NCBI GenBank assembly: GCA_043759315.1
Contig: JAYVLW010000136.1
Location: forward strand, 1-61,566
Reading direction: 5' to 3'
DNA length: 61,566 nucleotides
From: Myxococcales bacterium
Lineage (GTDB): Bacteria; Myxococcota_A; Polyangia; Haliangiales; Haliangiaceae
Below the pieces are notes generated by a model that saw only the letters and a program-made list of their open reading frames with translations, did not search any database and was not told the origin of the DNA. Made by a program: the position numbers and the translations under genes. How positions within the stretch are numbered: position 1 is the stretch's first letter; each line of letters opens with the position of its first letter. Positions 30,106-40,655 of the stretch are shown one piece after another.

Positions 30106-30972
30106 TTAGCAGCCGCTCGAGACGGCGAGCGCGTCCTCGGCCATCCAGCCGAACCGCTTCGCTCCATCCGACGCCCTCACGTAGCCGTAGAAGAACCGCA
30201 GCTCACCCGACTGCTTCGTGTAGTGGCCGTTCGCGGCCTTGACCCACAACGGGATCGTGATCGACGGCTTGCCCTCGAACGTCGGCACGTCGACGCGCTG
30301 GAACTTCGTGCCGGCGACGAAGTGATCGGTGGTCGCGCCACCGAGGCCGAAGCCCGGCACGCTGAACACGAGGTTCGCAGAGCGCACGCCGTTCGCGCGC
30401 GGCAGCGGCAGGTAGTCACCGGCGCGCTCGTGCGTCGCGGTCGAGTCACGCACCACCTTCTTGAGCTCGATGCTCGCGTCGTGCGAGTTGCGGATCTGGT
30501 AGCAGGCCATCGGTCCACGGCCCGGATCGCGCCCGTTGACCTCGCCCATCTTCTGCCGGAATGACGCCTCGCCCTTGATCGCATCGATCGGATACCAGCC
30601 GGCGCTGCCGTTCGCGGTCGACAGCGCGAGGGCGTGGGCCTTGCCCGCGAGGTACCGCGCCTGCCCGTAGTTGAAGGTCATGCGCGTCGCGGTCTCGGTG
30701 CGGAGCGCCGTGCCGTTGCCGTCGCGGACCTGCGCGCCGGGTGCGATGCCCCAGCTCTCGTCGCCTGCGTTCGTCAGCACGCGCGAGCTGCCCTCGCGGA
30801 ACCGACAGTTGAACGTGCTCGCGATGCAGAAGTTGCCGTTGGTTCCCGCCACGTAGCGGTTCACCGCGATGAACTCCCCGGTACCCTCGCCCTCGCCCTC
30901 GTAGTCTTCGTCGTCACCGACCATGCAGGAGGCGGTCGTCGCGATCAGCAGCAGCAGCGGGAGGGCTCTCAT
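30106..30972 (-). CDS. hypothetical lipoprotein
   Basis: Inner ATG (aa 90) of ORF 30106..31239: MRALPLLLLIATTASC lipobox followed by an acidic stretch DDEDYEGEGEG. The upstream part of the track ORF is Arg-rich junk. Confidence 0.65.
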   Translation of the reverse strand: MRALPLLLLIATTASCMVGDDEDYEGEGEGTGEFIAVNRYVAGTNGNFCIASTFNCRFREGSSRVLTNAGDESWGIAPGAQVRDGNGTALRTETATRMTFNYGQARYLAGKAHALALSTANGSAGWYPIDAIKGEASFRQKMGEVNGRDPGRGPMACYQIRNSHDASIELKKVVRDSTATHERAGDYLPLPRANGVRSANLVFSVPGFGLGGATTDHFVAGTKFQRVDVPTFEGKPSITIPLWVKAANGHYTKQSGELRFFYGYVRASDGAKRFGWMAEDALAVSSGC

Positions 30973-31133
30973 TCCGGCTGGACGAGTGCAGCGGCTGTGC
31001 CCGCGGTGGTCAGCATCATGTGAGCCGGTTTCGCCGCGCAAGCTCGCGACTCGCCGTCGACGCACCGCGTGGAACGGCCCACGGCCGTGTGCAGTGCCCG
31101 GGGCATGACACCGCGCGATCCAGTGGGCAGGGA

Positions 31134-32627
31134 CTACCGCGCGAGGATGGCCGCGAGCTGGAGCTCGTCGTCGCCGAACGCCCCGCGCAGGGCCGCGTGT
31201 ACGCCCGCCGGCACGTCGGCCGGAGCGAGGTACGAGCATGCCGCCGCTTCCTCGAGAGTGTACTGCGCGCCGCCGCAGTACTGATCGCGGTAGGCACCGT
31301 CGAGCTTCACCTTGACCTCGGCCTTGAGCCGCGCCTCTTCATGCGCTGTCAGGTCCGCGAGGGTCGGCAGGTTCGCGCGCTCCGGGCTGACGCCGGCGTC
31401 GGAGTTCGTGACGTCGTGATCGAAGCCGTGCTCGAACGAGTCGGTCTTGATCTCCGCCGCGACCTCCGGCGAATCGCGGTCGAAGCGGACGCGCAGCGCG
31501 CTCACGTAGTGGCCGGTGCGCTCGAGCGCGGAGTAGGTGAACGACCGCGGCACGCCGCGATAGCGCGTCACCGGCTTCTGCACGGTTCGGTACTGGGTGC
31601 GGTACTTCGTGACCGTGCGGTACTTGGTCTCCGACGAGTACACGGTGGTGGGCTTCGTCTCGGTGCAGCTCGTGCTCCCGCACGGATGCGTCTCCGTCCT
31701 GTACTCCGTGTGCGGGACCTGCTCCTGGTAGCTCTCCTGATCCGTATAGGGCTCCTGGTACGACTCCTGTGCGTCCTCGTACGCGGTGTACGGCACCTGC
31801 TCGGTCCAGTTCGCCGTCTTCGAGACGGTGCGTGCATCGAACGTCGCCGAGACCTTGCCGCCGAGCAGCGCATGCGCCTGCTTCGGACCATCGGGCGAGA
31901 ACCAGACGCTGTCGCGGAACGCCGACGCCAGCGTGCTGCGGATCCGCGACGTGTCCTCGGCGGGGATCCCCACGACGGATCCGTCGACGACAAGCCCGGT
32001 GCGGAGGTTCGGCCGCATCAGCACCTTCACCTCGGTGCCACCGAAGTGCCTGCAGTAGCTCGCCACCACCCAGCTCCAGTACGGCGTGGTCGCGCGTGGG
32101 GCGAGCGCGTCGCACTTTGTCTTGCCAACACCGTGCACGGAGTCCTCGATCTCGCGGCGCCAGTTCTGGAAGTCGACGTGCGCGAGCAGCGGCGCATAGT
32201 GCGCGGCCAGCAGCTCCGCGGACAGCGGCCCGCGCCCCGTCGCGGTCGCCGTCACCGCCGTCGCGATCGCCGAGCCCGCCGCCACGATCTCGACCGTCAG
32301 CTCCTTCGCCGCCTGGCCGTCGAGCTTCATCGCCCAGCTATTGCGACGCACGAGAAGCTCGGCGAGCGTGGTGGTCGCCACATCGAGCTTGCCCGCCACG
32401 CGCGCGCGCGCCGTCGCCGCGAGCAGCTCGCGGAGCGCTTCGGTCCGCGCCTGCGTGCGCTTCGCGGCGGCCTTGCCGTCCTTCGGATCCGCACGCACGA
32501 CCTGGTCGTAGAGCGCGGCGGCCTCGAGATAGCGGCGCTGCTTGTACGCCTCGTCGGCACGCGAGTTCACCGACTGCGCACAACCAGCCACCACCACGAG
32601 CGCAGCCAACAGGAGTCGGGTGTCCAT
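31134..32627 (-). CDS. hypothetical lipoprotein with an N-terminal TPR-like helix pair and a Tyr/Thr/Lys/Arg-rich repeat stretch
   Basis: Inner ATG (aa 41) of ORF 31134..32747: MDTRLLLAALVVVAGC lipobox. ..SETKYRTVTKYRTQYRTVQKPVTRYRG.. low-complexity repeat. Confidence 0.65.
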   Translation of the reverse strand: MDTRLLLAALVVVAGCAQSVNSRADEAYKQRRYLEAAALYDQVVRADPKDGKAAAKRTQARTEALRELLAATARARVAGKLDVATTTLAELLVRRNSWAMKLDGQAAKELTVEIVAAGSAIATAVTATATGRGPLSAELLAAHYAPLLAHVDFQNWRREIEDSVHGVGKTKCDALAPRATTPYWSWVVASYCRHFGGTEVKVLMRPNLRTGLVVDGSVVGIPAEDTSRIRSTLASAFRDSVWFSPDGPKQAHALLGGKVSATFDARTVSKTANWTEQVPYTAYEDAQESYQEPYTDQESYQEQVPHTEYRTETHPCGSTSCTETKPTTVYSSETKYRTVTKYRTQYRTVQKPVTRYRGVPRSFTYSALERTGHYVSALRVRFDRDSPEVAAEIKTDSFEHGFDHDVTNSDAGVSPERANLPTLADLTAHEEARLKAEVKVKLDGAYRDQYCGGAQYTLEEAAACSYLAPADVPAGVHAALRGAFGDDELQLAAILAR

Positions 32628-32701
32628 CACGTGGACGATGTGGTGCCGCTTGTAGGCCGTGGTTGCAAGGCCCTTTCGAGTCGTGATAGAGGATTGGCCG
32701 A

Positions 32702-32938
32702 ATGGTCGGACCACTCGAACGGCAGCGGCGGCGCGCCACGCAATCACGTTTGATCTCGAACGGTTCCGCCGAGCGTGGCCCGGCGCTCATCGGCTTGTTC
32801 GTGGGTGGCCTGATCGGTCCCGGGCTCCTCGTGGTGGATCGCGATCATCCGCACCGCGGGATCTTCGTGATCGCGATCAGCATCCTGATGGTCGCGATCG
32901 CGCTCCCCGCATGGCTCAAGGGCGCGAAGGAGCAGTAG
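32702..32938 (+). CDS. small two-TM membrane protein (start uncertain)
   Basis: ORF 32702..32938. Hydrophobic segments ALIGLFVGGLIGPGLLVV and IFVIAISILMVAIALPAWL. GC3-rich codons. Confidence 0.45.
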   Translation: MVGPLERQRRRATQSRLISNGSAERGPALIGLFVGGLIGPGLLVVDRDHPHRGIFVIAISILMVAIALPAWLKGAKEQ

Positions 32939-32971
32939 AGCGGCAGCCCGATCCGGGTAGGCGCCTCGGCC

Positions 32972-34462
32972 TCAGTCCGCACCGTAGAGCTGCAGTCCCA
33001 CGGTCGCGGACCACGCGCGCGGCTGATCGCCGACCCACTGCAACGCGCCCGAGATCACCGGGCCGACGCCGGCGCGCGCGTGCGGCCAGTACCAGCGATC
33101 GCCGCCGAACCGCGCCGAGAGGCTCGTCCAGAACAGATCCGCGTCGAGCGGGCCGTGCATGTCGGTGTTCGTCACGCCGCGCTCGCGGATCACCAGGCCT
33201 CCGAAGTGCGCCGGCCCGACCGGGATCTCGAACCAGCCCGCGCCCGAGACCGCGAAGTGGGCGCCGGTGATCACGCTACCGCCGACGGACAGGCCCGCGA
33301 CCGCCGCCCCGACGCGGACGGCGACCCCGAGCGGCCGCAGCGAGACCGCCTTGTAGTCTCCGACCCACTGCGCCGTCACGCCGCCGTGCCAGCCGAGCGG
33401 CCGCGGCCGCGCGATCTGCACCGACGCGGTGCCCGCGAACACGATCCCCTCACCGATCCCCGCGCCGAGCTCGACCGCCTGGGTCCACCCGACCGGATCG
33501 CCGCGCAATCGCCCGCGATACTCGAGCGTCGGCTTGACCGGATCGCCGCCGGTGTGTGCATCGAGCCACGCGAGGATGTCGTCGGCGACCTGCGTGCCCT
33601 TCGGCTCGTGCAGGAGATCGTGGAACAGGCCCTCGTAGATCTTCAGCGTCTTGTCGGTCGCCGGCGCGGCGTCGATCAGCGCGCGGCTGCCGGCCGGTGC
33701 GGTCAGCGCATCGCGGGTCCCGTGCAGCGCGAGGATCGGCAGCGTCAGACCATCGGTGTGCGCCCAGATCAATCCCATGCCCTCGATCAATCCCGCGGCG
33801 GTGCGCGCCGGACCGGGCGGTTGGTGGATCAAGGGGTCGGCGCCCATCACCTTCGCCGCGTTCGGATCGGAGGAGAAGTCCTCGTTCGCGAGATCGAGCG
33901 CCTTCGCGCCAGGCGTGAGCGCACCTGCCATCTGCGTGGCCGCGAGCAGGAGCGGCGACGCGTCCACCGCGAGCGCCGGCGCCGACAGGATGAGACCGGA
34001 GAGTGCTGCGCGGTGCCGGATCGCGGTGAGCGTGGCGATCGCGCCGCCCATGCTGTGCCCGAACAGGAACATCGGCTTCCCCGGCTCCTTCGCGGCGACC
34101 TGCTCGATGAACCGATCGAGATCGTCGACGTAGTCGAGCCACTTCGCCGGCGCGACGCGCTTGCCCGCCGAGCGACCGTGGCCGCGTAGATCGAACGCGT
34201 ACACGCCATAGCCCGCGGCGGTGAGCCGCGCGGCGAACGCATCGTAGTGACCCGCGTAGTCCTTGAGGCCGTGCATGATCACGACCACGGCCCTGGCCTC
34301 GGCGGGCGTGGACCAGTGGCGCGTGTACAGCTCGGTGCCGTCGCGCGCCTTGATCACCTCGGCCGTGACACCGGCGGGCAACGTCGGCTCGGGACGCACC
34401 GGGAGGTTCGGCGTGGCCGCACACCCGCCGACGATCGCGAGCACGCTCAGCGCGCGGATCAT
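32972..34462 (-). CDS. alpha/beta hydrolase (monoacylglycerol-lipase-like) lipoprotein with a ~190-aa C-terminal beta-rich extension
   Basis: Inner ATG (aa 68) of ORF 32972..34663: MIRALSVLAIVGGC lipobox. HG oxyanion motif (VVIMHGL), nucleophile elbow GHSMGG. The C-terminal part alternates hydrophobic and polar residues. Confidence 0.75.
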   Translation of the reverse strand: MIRALSVLAIVGGCAATPNLPVRPEPTLPAGVTAEVIKARDGTELYTRHWSTPAEARAVVVIMHGLKDYAGHYDAFAARLTAAGYGVYAFDLRGHGRSAGKRVAPAKWLDYVDDLDRFIEQVAAKEPGKPMFLFGHSMGGAIATLTAIRHRAALSGLILSAPALAVDASPLLLAATQMAGALTPGAKALDLANEDFSSDPNAAKVMGADPLIHQPPGPARTAAGLIEGMGLIWAHTDGLTLPILALHGTRDALTAPAGSRALIDAAPATDKTLKIYEGLFHDLLHEPKGTQVADDILAWLDAHTGGDPVKPTLEYRGRLRGDPVGWTQAVELGAGIGEGIVFAGTASVQIARPRPLGWHGGVTAQWVGDYKAVSLRPLGVAVRVGAAVAGLSVGGSVITGAHFAVSGAGWFEIPVGPAHFGGLVIRERGVTNTDMHGPLDADLFWTSLSARFGGDRWYWPHARAGVGPVISGALQWVGDQPRAWSATVGLQLYGAD

Positions 34463-35775
34463 GGCTGCTCGTCGGCGCCGATGTCGCGACGGCTTCCCCG
34501 TGGGCGGGGACCGCCTTCGAAGTCCATCGTCTCGGTGGCCGCAGGATCCGCCATGTCGATCGCCGGCGAGCCGGCCAGCACGTGAAAATCGGACGCGGCG
34601 TTCACGAACATCGGGTTGCCTTGCACGTTGTTGCCGGTCGCCGGTGCCGTCGCCAGCAAACAATAACTCGGCGCGCAGCTCGCCCCGAGCTCGGGGAACA
34701 GGAGCCCCATGTTGCCGTGGACGATCGAGTCCTCGACCGAGATCGCCGCGTCACACTGAACGCCGGCGGCGACCGAGCCCCCGGCATTCTTCGTCACGGT
34801 GTTGAAGCGGAACACCGCGGGCTTGCCCACCGCCGGCACGAGACGCGCTCCACCGAACGTGCCGGCGAGCGGCGTCCCGTTGTTCGCGATCACCGTGTTG
34901 AGGATCGTGAACGCGCCGGTCGCCGTGATGCCTCCGCCGGTGTTGCCGAGCAACTGCGAGCGCTGCACCTCGACCGAGTTCGCGCTCGAGATCCCGACGC
35001 CCTGCCCGTTCTGGATCCTGCTATCGAGGACGACGAGCGTCCCCGCCGGACGGACCTCGATCCCCGTGCTGGGCACTCTGTCGACGAGCACGTGCGAGAC
35101 CGTCGCCATGCCGCGCACGACGAGACCGCTCTGCTGCGGGTTGCGGATGGTGACGCCCTCGAGGACGAGCGTGGTGTTCCCATCCGTGCCGAGATTGGAC
35201 AGGGTGGGCGAGAACTCTGCCCCGGCCGGATCGAGATCGGTGCCGGAGATGATGGCGCTCGCCCCACCCAGGCCGCCTTGCTGCTTGAAGTTCCAGTCGT
35301 CCGTATAGACGCCGTCGGCGACACGGATGAACGAACGCGTCGTCGACACGTGTTGCAGCGCGACGTCGACGCTCACGCACGGCGTGGCCTTGGTGCACGT
35401 CGAGTTGTTGGTACCACTCGGGGTGACGTAGAGGATGTTCGCCTCGGCGACACAGCGACCGGTCAGCTCGTGGCAAGCGCCGTCGCAATCAGCATCGGCG
35501 ACGCACGGGCGACAGACCTTGTCCTCGGGGTCGCAGATCGGAGCGTCGATCGAGCATTCGGTGTTCGTGGTGCAGACCACGATCGGGGGCCCATCGGCGC
35601 CCGCCCCCGCGTCGACGAGCTCGTCGACGCAGATCGGCGGGCTCTGGCCGAGATCGCAGACCTGCGCACCTGGACAGGTATGGTTCGGAGAGCACGGCAG
35701 ACCGACCTGTGCCGTGGGGCGATAGCAGGCGCTCGCCCACCAGGCCGCGCAGACAAGACCGAGGCGCACCCGCAC
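34459..35775 (-). CDS. right-handed parallel beta-helix (pectin-lyase fold) protein with an N-terminal Cys-rich repeats module
   Basis: ORF 34459..35775. Its stop overlaps the ATG of the lipase gene (ATGA). Signal-like N-terminus, CxxxxxC-rich region, then repeated ..G(I/V)xxxxxxxxxVxxxxxxxN.. beta-helix turns. Confidence 0.75.
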   Translation of the reverse strand: MRVRLGLVCAAWWASACYRPTAQVGLPCSPNHTCPGAQVCDLGQSPPICVDELVDAGAGADGPPIVVCTTNTECSIDAPICDPEDKVCRPCVADADCDGACHELTGRCVAEANILYVTPSGTNNSTCTKATPCVSVDVALQHVSTTRSFIRVADGVYTDDWNFKQQGGLGGASAIISGTDLDPAGAEFSPTLSNLGTDGNTTLVLEGVTIRNPQQSGLVVRGMATVSHVLVDRVPSTGIEVRPAGTLVVLDSRIQNGQGVGISSANSVEVQRSQLLGNTGGGITATGAFTILNTVIANNGTPLAGTFGGARLVPAVGKPAVFRFNTVTKNAGGSVAAGVQCDAAISVEDSIVHGNMGLLFPELGASCAPSYCLLATAPATGNNVQGNPMFVNAASDFHVLAGSPAIDMADPAATETMDFEGGPRPRGSRRDIGADEQP

Positions 35776-35792
35776 GTCCCGAGCGTATCAGA

Positions 35793-36359
35793 TCAGACGG
35801 TGAGGCCCTTCTTGTACGCGAGTAGCTCCTTCTGGGTCTTGAGCAGCAGCTGGTTGGTCTCCAGGAGCTCCTTGGTGCGGGCTCGGACCTGGTTGGCAAG
35901 GCGCTCGCGCTCCCGGGCCTCGGTCTCCAGCATCTCCTGGTACTTGACCTGCACGACCGCCTCGTCGGTCACGTTGCGCTGGATCTCGAGCGCGCCGACG
36001 TGATTCCCCGCCTCGTCGGTGATCGGCACCGCGGACAGGATGAACCGCATCTTCTGGGCCTCGCCGAGGATGTTTCCGGAGATCTCGTCGAGCCGAACGT
36101 GGCGGTTGTCGGACCAGCACTGCTGGGCGATGCACTCGGACTTGCAGATGTTGAGCTCGAGGACGTCGTAGCAGTGCTTCCCCTTGAGCCCGCGGGCCAG
36201 CTGGCGGGGCAGGAGCGCGAAGAAGGCACGGTTGAAATCGACGATTCGACGCTCCGTGTCGACGATGAAGTAGCTATCCACGATCGCGTTGGCGACGCGT
36301 TTGAACTCCGCCAGGAACTGCGCCAGCGCGGGCGCCACAGCGTCTCGGTCCCCGACCAT
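35793..36359 (-). CDS. PAS domain protein with a C-terminal coiled coil
   Basis: ORF 35793..36359. ..[66 protein letters not shown].. then a heptad-like tail. Confidence 0.75.
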   Translation of the reverse strand: MVGDRDAVAPALAQFLAEFKRVANAIVDSYFIVDTERRIVDFNRAFFALLPRQLARGLKGKHCYDVLELNICKSECIAQQCWSDNRHVRLDEISGNILGEAQKMRFILSAVPITDEAGNHVGALEIQRNVTDEAVVQVKYQEMLETEARERERLANQVRARTKELLETNQLLLKTQKELLAYKKGLTV

Positions 36360-36400
36360 GGGTGGAATGGTAGCAGTTCCGTCGCACGTGTCATAAACTC

Positions 36401-38113
36401 GTGCACGGGATGGCCAAGCGCGGGGGTCTCAGCCTCTCGGTCAAGATGATCCTGACCACCACGATCTTGATCGTGGTGACAGTGGTCGGTTCAGGCGTGC
36501 TCAACGTCGTCAACGTCCGCAAGGCGTTCGATGAATCGAGAACGCGTCAGATCGATATCTTCCGCAGCGGTCGCGAGACGCTCGGCGAATTCGGCACGCC
36601 GCTGTTCGCGCGCGCGGTGAGCCAGCTGTTGTTCGACAAGGGCCGGGACCCCGACATCCTGTCGGTGGTCAAGGAGACCGTCGAGCAGGACACGAAGGAC
36701 ATCGCCGGCAGGAAGGACTACGGCCTCAAGCTCGCCTACGTCCTCGACCTCAATCAGAAGGTCATCGCGCACTGCTACGAGGAGGCGAAGCTCGAGTGCG
36801 CGATCGGCAACCACGAGCCGATGACGCCGGCGATCAGCCCGATCGCGGCCGACAGCTGGAAGCAGGCGCTCGACGCCTGGAAGGCGAGCCCGAAGGGCGA
36901 GGCACTGGTGCGCTTCGATCTGACGGCAGCGGGCTCGCAGCACCGGGTGTTCGCGTTTCCCGTGTTCGTCGCGGGCACGCCGGCCACGGCCGCAGGCGCC
37001 CTCGCGCCGGATGCACCGGATGCCCGGCTCGGCTACGTGGTCCTCGGCTACGACCTCGCGCCGATCCAGACGTTCACCGACGCCGCCTCCGAGCAGAAGG
37101 CCGCCGCCTCGACACGCGCCGCGCTCTACACCGGCGCCGTCGGTGCGCTGTTCGCTCTGATCGGCACCGTGCTCGCGATCTTCCAGGGCCTGTCGATCTC
37201 CCGGCCGATCAAGCAGCTCGCCTGGAAGGCGGATCAGATCGCCCGCGGCGATCTCGAGGCCCGGGTGGAGATCACGTCGAGCGACGAGATCGGGACGCTC
37301 GGTGAGAACTTCAACTTCATGGCCGACCAGATCAACATCCTGCTGCAGCAGACCGCCGAGAAGGCGCGCATCGAGCAGGAGCTGGAGGTCGCAAGGACCA
37401 TTCAGGAGACGCTCGTTCCCACCGCCGAGCCCGTCGACAAGGGCACGCTCAAGTTCGCGGGCTTCTACCAGCCCGCCGCGCAGACCGGCGGTGACTGGTG
37501 GACTTGGAGCGACCTCGTCGGCGACAAGGTGCTGGTCGTCATCGGCGATGTCACCGGCCACGGCGTCCCGTCCGCCATGATCACCGCTGCCGCGAAGGCC
37601 GCGTGCGACGTCGCGCGCCACGTTCACAACGACGACGTCACCGTGACGCGGCTGCTCGAGATCATGAACCACGCGATCTTCGAGAGCGCACAGCGCCGGT
37701 TCGTGATGACCTGCTTCGCATCGATCATCGACACGAAGCTCCGCACGATCACGTATGCGAACGCCGGCCACAACTTCCCATACCTGTTCCGCCAGAACGA
37801 AGGTAAGGGCGAGTTCGGCTCGCTGATGATCCGCGGCAATCGTCTCGGTGATGACCGCGCGTCGAAGTACGAAGCCAAGACCACCGAGCTCGCTGGGGGC
37901 GACGTCCTGATCTGGTACACGGACGGCATCGTCGAGTGCGAGAGCGAATCCGGCGAGGAGTACGGCGAGAAGCGGTTCCGCGCCAGCGTTCGCAAGTCCG
38001 CATCCCTCGATGCGGGCGAGATGCGCGACGCGATCGTTGCGGATGCCACCAACTTCTTCGGTGGGGCGCAACGGAAGGACGACATCACCATGGTGGTGGG
38101 GAGGATCCATTGA
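36401..38113 (+). CDS. membrane-bound HAMP + PP2C (SpoIIE/RsbU-type) serine phosphatase
   Basis: ORF 36401..38113. TM1 [18 protein letters not shown], a ~230-aa extracytoplasmic segment, TM2, HAMP ([35 protein letters not shown]), and PP2C ([34 protein letters not shown]). Confidence 0.85.
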   Translation: MHGMAKRGGLSLSVKMILTTTILIVVTVVGSGVLNVVNVRKAFDESRTRQIDIFRSGRETLGEFGTPLFARAVSQLLFDKGRDPDILSVVKETVEQDTKDIAGRKDYGLKLAYVLDLNQKVIAHCYEEAKLECAIGNHEPMTPAISPIAADSWKQALDAWKASPKGEALVRFDLTAAGSQHRVFAFPVFVAGTPATAAGALAPDAPDARLGYVVLGYDLAPIQTFTDAASEQKAAASTRAALYTGAVGALFALIGTVLAIFQGLSISRPIKQLAWKADQIARGDLEARVEITSSDEIGTLGENFNFMADQINILLQQTAEKARIEQELEVARTIQETLVPTAEPVDKGTLKFAGFYQPAAQTGGDWWTWSDLVGDKVLVVIGDVTGHGVPSAMITAAAKAACDVARHVHNDDVTVTRLLEIMNHAIFESAQRRFVMTCFASIIDTKLRTITYANAGHNFPYLFRQNEGKGEFGSLMIRGNRLGDDRASKYEAKTTELAGGDVLIWYTDGIVECESESGEEYGEKRFRASVRKSASLDAGEMRDAIVADATNFFGGAQRKDDITMVVGRIH

Positions 38114-40653
38114 GGACATGGGGGACCACCGCGATCGCCGCGGTCATGATCGTCGCGAGTGCGCCGGTCGCTCGCGCCGCCATCGAGGATGACCTCCGCG
38201 ATGGCGACAAGTACTTCGAGGATGGCAACTGGCAGAAGGCCGCGGTCGCGTACGACCGTGCGATCTCCAAGGCGCCTGGACAGGTGGCCGCCGAGGCGTA
38301 CGGCAAGCGCGCGGCGATCTTCATCATCCTCAAGGACTACAAGGGCGGCCTCGACTTCATCGCGAAGGCGAAGGCGAGGAACTCTGCGCTCGGCGGATCT
38401 GCCGAGCTCGGCGAACAGGAAGCGCTGCTGCTGTGGGAGACCGACCGCAAGGACGAGGCGATCAAGGTCGCGGAGAAGGTCGTGGCCTCGCGGCCGCAGA
38501 CGTTCACCAACCAGGGGCTGATCGGCGAGTACTACGCCACGCGCAACCCGGCGCGCACGGTGATCGCGTACGAGGCGTACCTCGCGAACCGCCCGGGCGA
38601 GCTCGAGGGCGGCGACGTGCTGCCGCGCATTCGTCTCGGGTTCGCGTTGCTCGCCACCGCGCGCGGCACGCTGAACGACGGCGACGACGTCAAGGCGAAG
38701 GGCCTGTACGAGAAGGCGGTCAGCCAGTTCGATACCGTCTCGCGCAAGTTCGGGAAGAAGCCGAACGCGCAGGTCAACGCCGACAACGGTCTGTGCGCCG
38801 CGTACACCGGCCTCGGTCAGTTCGACCAGGCCGTGACCGTGTGCGAGCGCGTGATCCAGGATCCGAAGCGCATCGATTCGACCGGCGCCGTGTGGTTCAA
38901 CCTCGGTACCGCGTACCTCGCGCGCAAGCAAACGAAGAAGGCGCGCACGGCCGCGAACGAGTTCACGCGCCTGCGCAAGAGCGAGGCGCGCGGCTTCAAG
39001 CTCATCGGCGATACGTTCTTCGCGGACCGCGACTGGACGAACGCCCTCGACGCGTACCTCCGCGCCGAGAAGTTGCTCAAGTCCAATCAGGCACACGATC
39101 AGGTCCAGCTCTCGATCCAGCTCGGCAAGACCTACCGCCGCCTCCCGGCTCCGCCGAGCGGCACGAACCCGAACCTGGCGCTCGCGATCGACAAGCTCAC
39201 GGCGGCATACGCGGCGAACTCGACGAGCACCGAGCTCGCGATCGAGCTCGGCGGCGCGTATCTCGAAGGGCGCCAGGACGCGAAGGCCACGGCGCTCTCG
39301 GATCGGTTGCTCGCGAGCCCGGATCTGGCGAAGGCGCCGGCCGAGCAGCGCGCCGGCGTGCTGTTGCTCGCTGGCAAGTCGCTCTACAACCAGAAGAAGC
39401 TGAAGGAAGCGCGGCAGCGGTTCGAGGCCGCCGCCCAGATCCGCCCGAACGACGTCTCGATCCAGCGCAACCTGGTGCTGACCATCAACGAGCAGGCGTT
39501 CTCGGCCACCTCCGATGCCGCCGGTGCCAGCGCGCTGCTCGAGCAGGCGCTCGCGATCGATCCCGCGTCGCCGGTGACGTTGACGAATCTCGCCGTCCTC
39601 GCCATCGATCGTGGGCAGTGCGAGCCGGCACAGAAACAGCTGATCAAGCTCGCCGAGATCCGCGGTCACGACGAAGTCGTCCGCACGCGGCTCCTCGCCC
39701 GCACGTTCGTATGCCAGCCGCGCCCCGATCTCAAGCGGGCGGCCGAGGCCTACGCGAACGCCGAGAAGGAAGCGAAGAAGGCCGGCGCGGCGCTCGCGCT
39801 CGCCGAGATCTATGTCGAATGGGCCCCGATGCTCCTCGACACCGATCTCAACGGTGCGATCGACAAGCTCGAGACCGCGGTGCAGACCGGCGCCACCGAT
39901 GCCGAGATCGCACCCGCCGCGAAGCGCAACCTGGCACTCGCGCTGTTCCGCCGCGGCTGGAAGCTGATGCGCGAGAACAAGGCCGCCGAGGCCACGCAGG
40001 ACTTCGAGCGCGCCACCCGCGACGCCGGCATCCTCAAGGGTACCGAGCCACTCGCGTTCGAGTTCAGCTATGGCCTCGCCCTGATCGATTCGGGCCGCGC
40101 CGCCGACGCCGCGAAGCTGTTCAAGGGCCTCGGTGCGAAGGGCAACCAGGCCGCGTACCTCAAGGGCGCGTACGCGAAGTTCGGCTCGCAGTTCTTCGGT
40201 GCCTACGCGAACTACCGCTCCGGTACGCTCGCGGCCCGCCAGCAGGCGACTTCCGAGCTCGGCAAGCTCGAGACCGAGTCGGGCTTCGGCACGAAGGTGA
40301 AGGATCTGCTCGGCTCGGCGCACGAGCTGATCGCGTACGAGCAGTGGCGCACCGGCCAGGTCGGCGCAGCATCGAAGTCGCTCGCGTCCGCAGCCCAGTA
40401 TGCCGACAACGATGCGAAGCGCCGCATCACGATGGACAAGGCGGCGCTCGCGCTCGGCAAGGGCGACCTCGCCGCGCTCGAAGCGCTCGGCGGCAATCCT
40501 CCCGAGGTCCTCGTCAACCTCGGCATCCTGTACGACCAGGCCGGCCGCCCGAAGGACGCCTACGACGCCTGGATCAAGGCGAAGGCGCGTGGTGTCCAGG
40601 TTCGCGACCTCCAGAAGTGGATCGACGCCAAGAAGAGGATCTACGGGTTCTGA
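38110..40653 (+). CDS. secreted TPR-repeat protein
   Basis: TTG at aa 59 of ORF 37936..40653, overlapping the phosphatase stop (TTGA). This gives the signal peptide (M)[25 protein letters not shown] units run throughout. Confidence 0.7.
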   Translation: MRTWGTTAIAAVMIVASAPVARAAIEDDLRDGDKYFEDGNWQKAAVAYDRAISKAPGQVAAEAYGKRAAIFIILKDYKGGLDFIAKAKARNSALGGSAELGEQEALLLWETDRKDEAIKVAEKVVASRPQTFTNQGLIGEYYATRNPARTVIAYEAYLANRPGELEGGDVLPRIRLGFALLATARGTLNDGDDVKAKGLYEKAVSQFDTVSRKFGKKPNAQVNADNGLCAAYTGLGQFDQAVTVCERVIQDPKRIDSTGAVWFNLGTAYLARKQTKKARTAANEFTRLRKSEARGFKLIGDTFFADRDWTNALDAYLRAEKLLKSNQAHDQVQLSIQLGKTYRRLPAPPSGTNPNLALAIDKLTAAYAANSTSTELAIELGGAYLEGRQDAKATALSDRLLASPDLAKAPAEQRAGVLLLAGKSLYNQKKLKEARQRFEAAAQIRPNDVSIQRNLVLTINEQAFSATSDAAGASALLEQALAIDPASPVTLTNLAVLAIDRGQCEPAQKQLIKLAEIRGHDEVVRTRLLARTFVCQPRPDLKRAAEAYANAEKEAKKAGAALALAEIYVEWAPMLLDTDLNGAIDKLETAVQTGATDAEIAPAAKRNLALALFRRGWKLMRENKAAEATQDFERATRDAGILKGTEPLAFEFSYGLALIDSGRAADAAKLFKGLGAKGNQAAYLKGAYAKFGSQFFGAYANYRSGTLAARQQATSELGKLETESGFGTKVKDLLGSAHELIAYEQWRTGQVGAASKSLASAAQYADNDAKRRITMDKAALALGKGDLAALEALGGNPPEVLVNLGILYDQAGRPKDAYDAWIKAKARGVQVRDLQKWIDAKKRIYGF

Positions 40654-40655
40654 TC

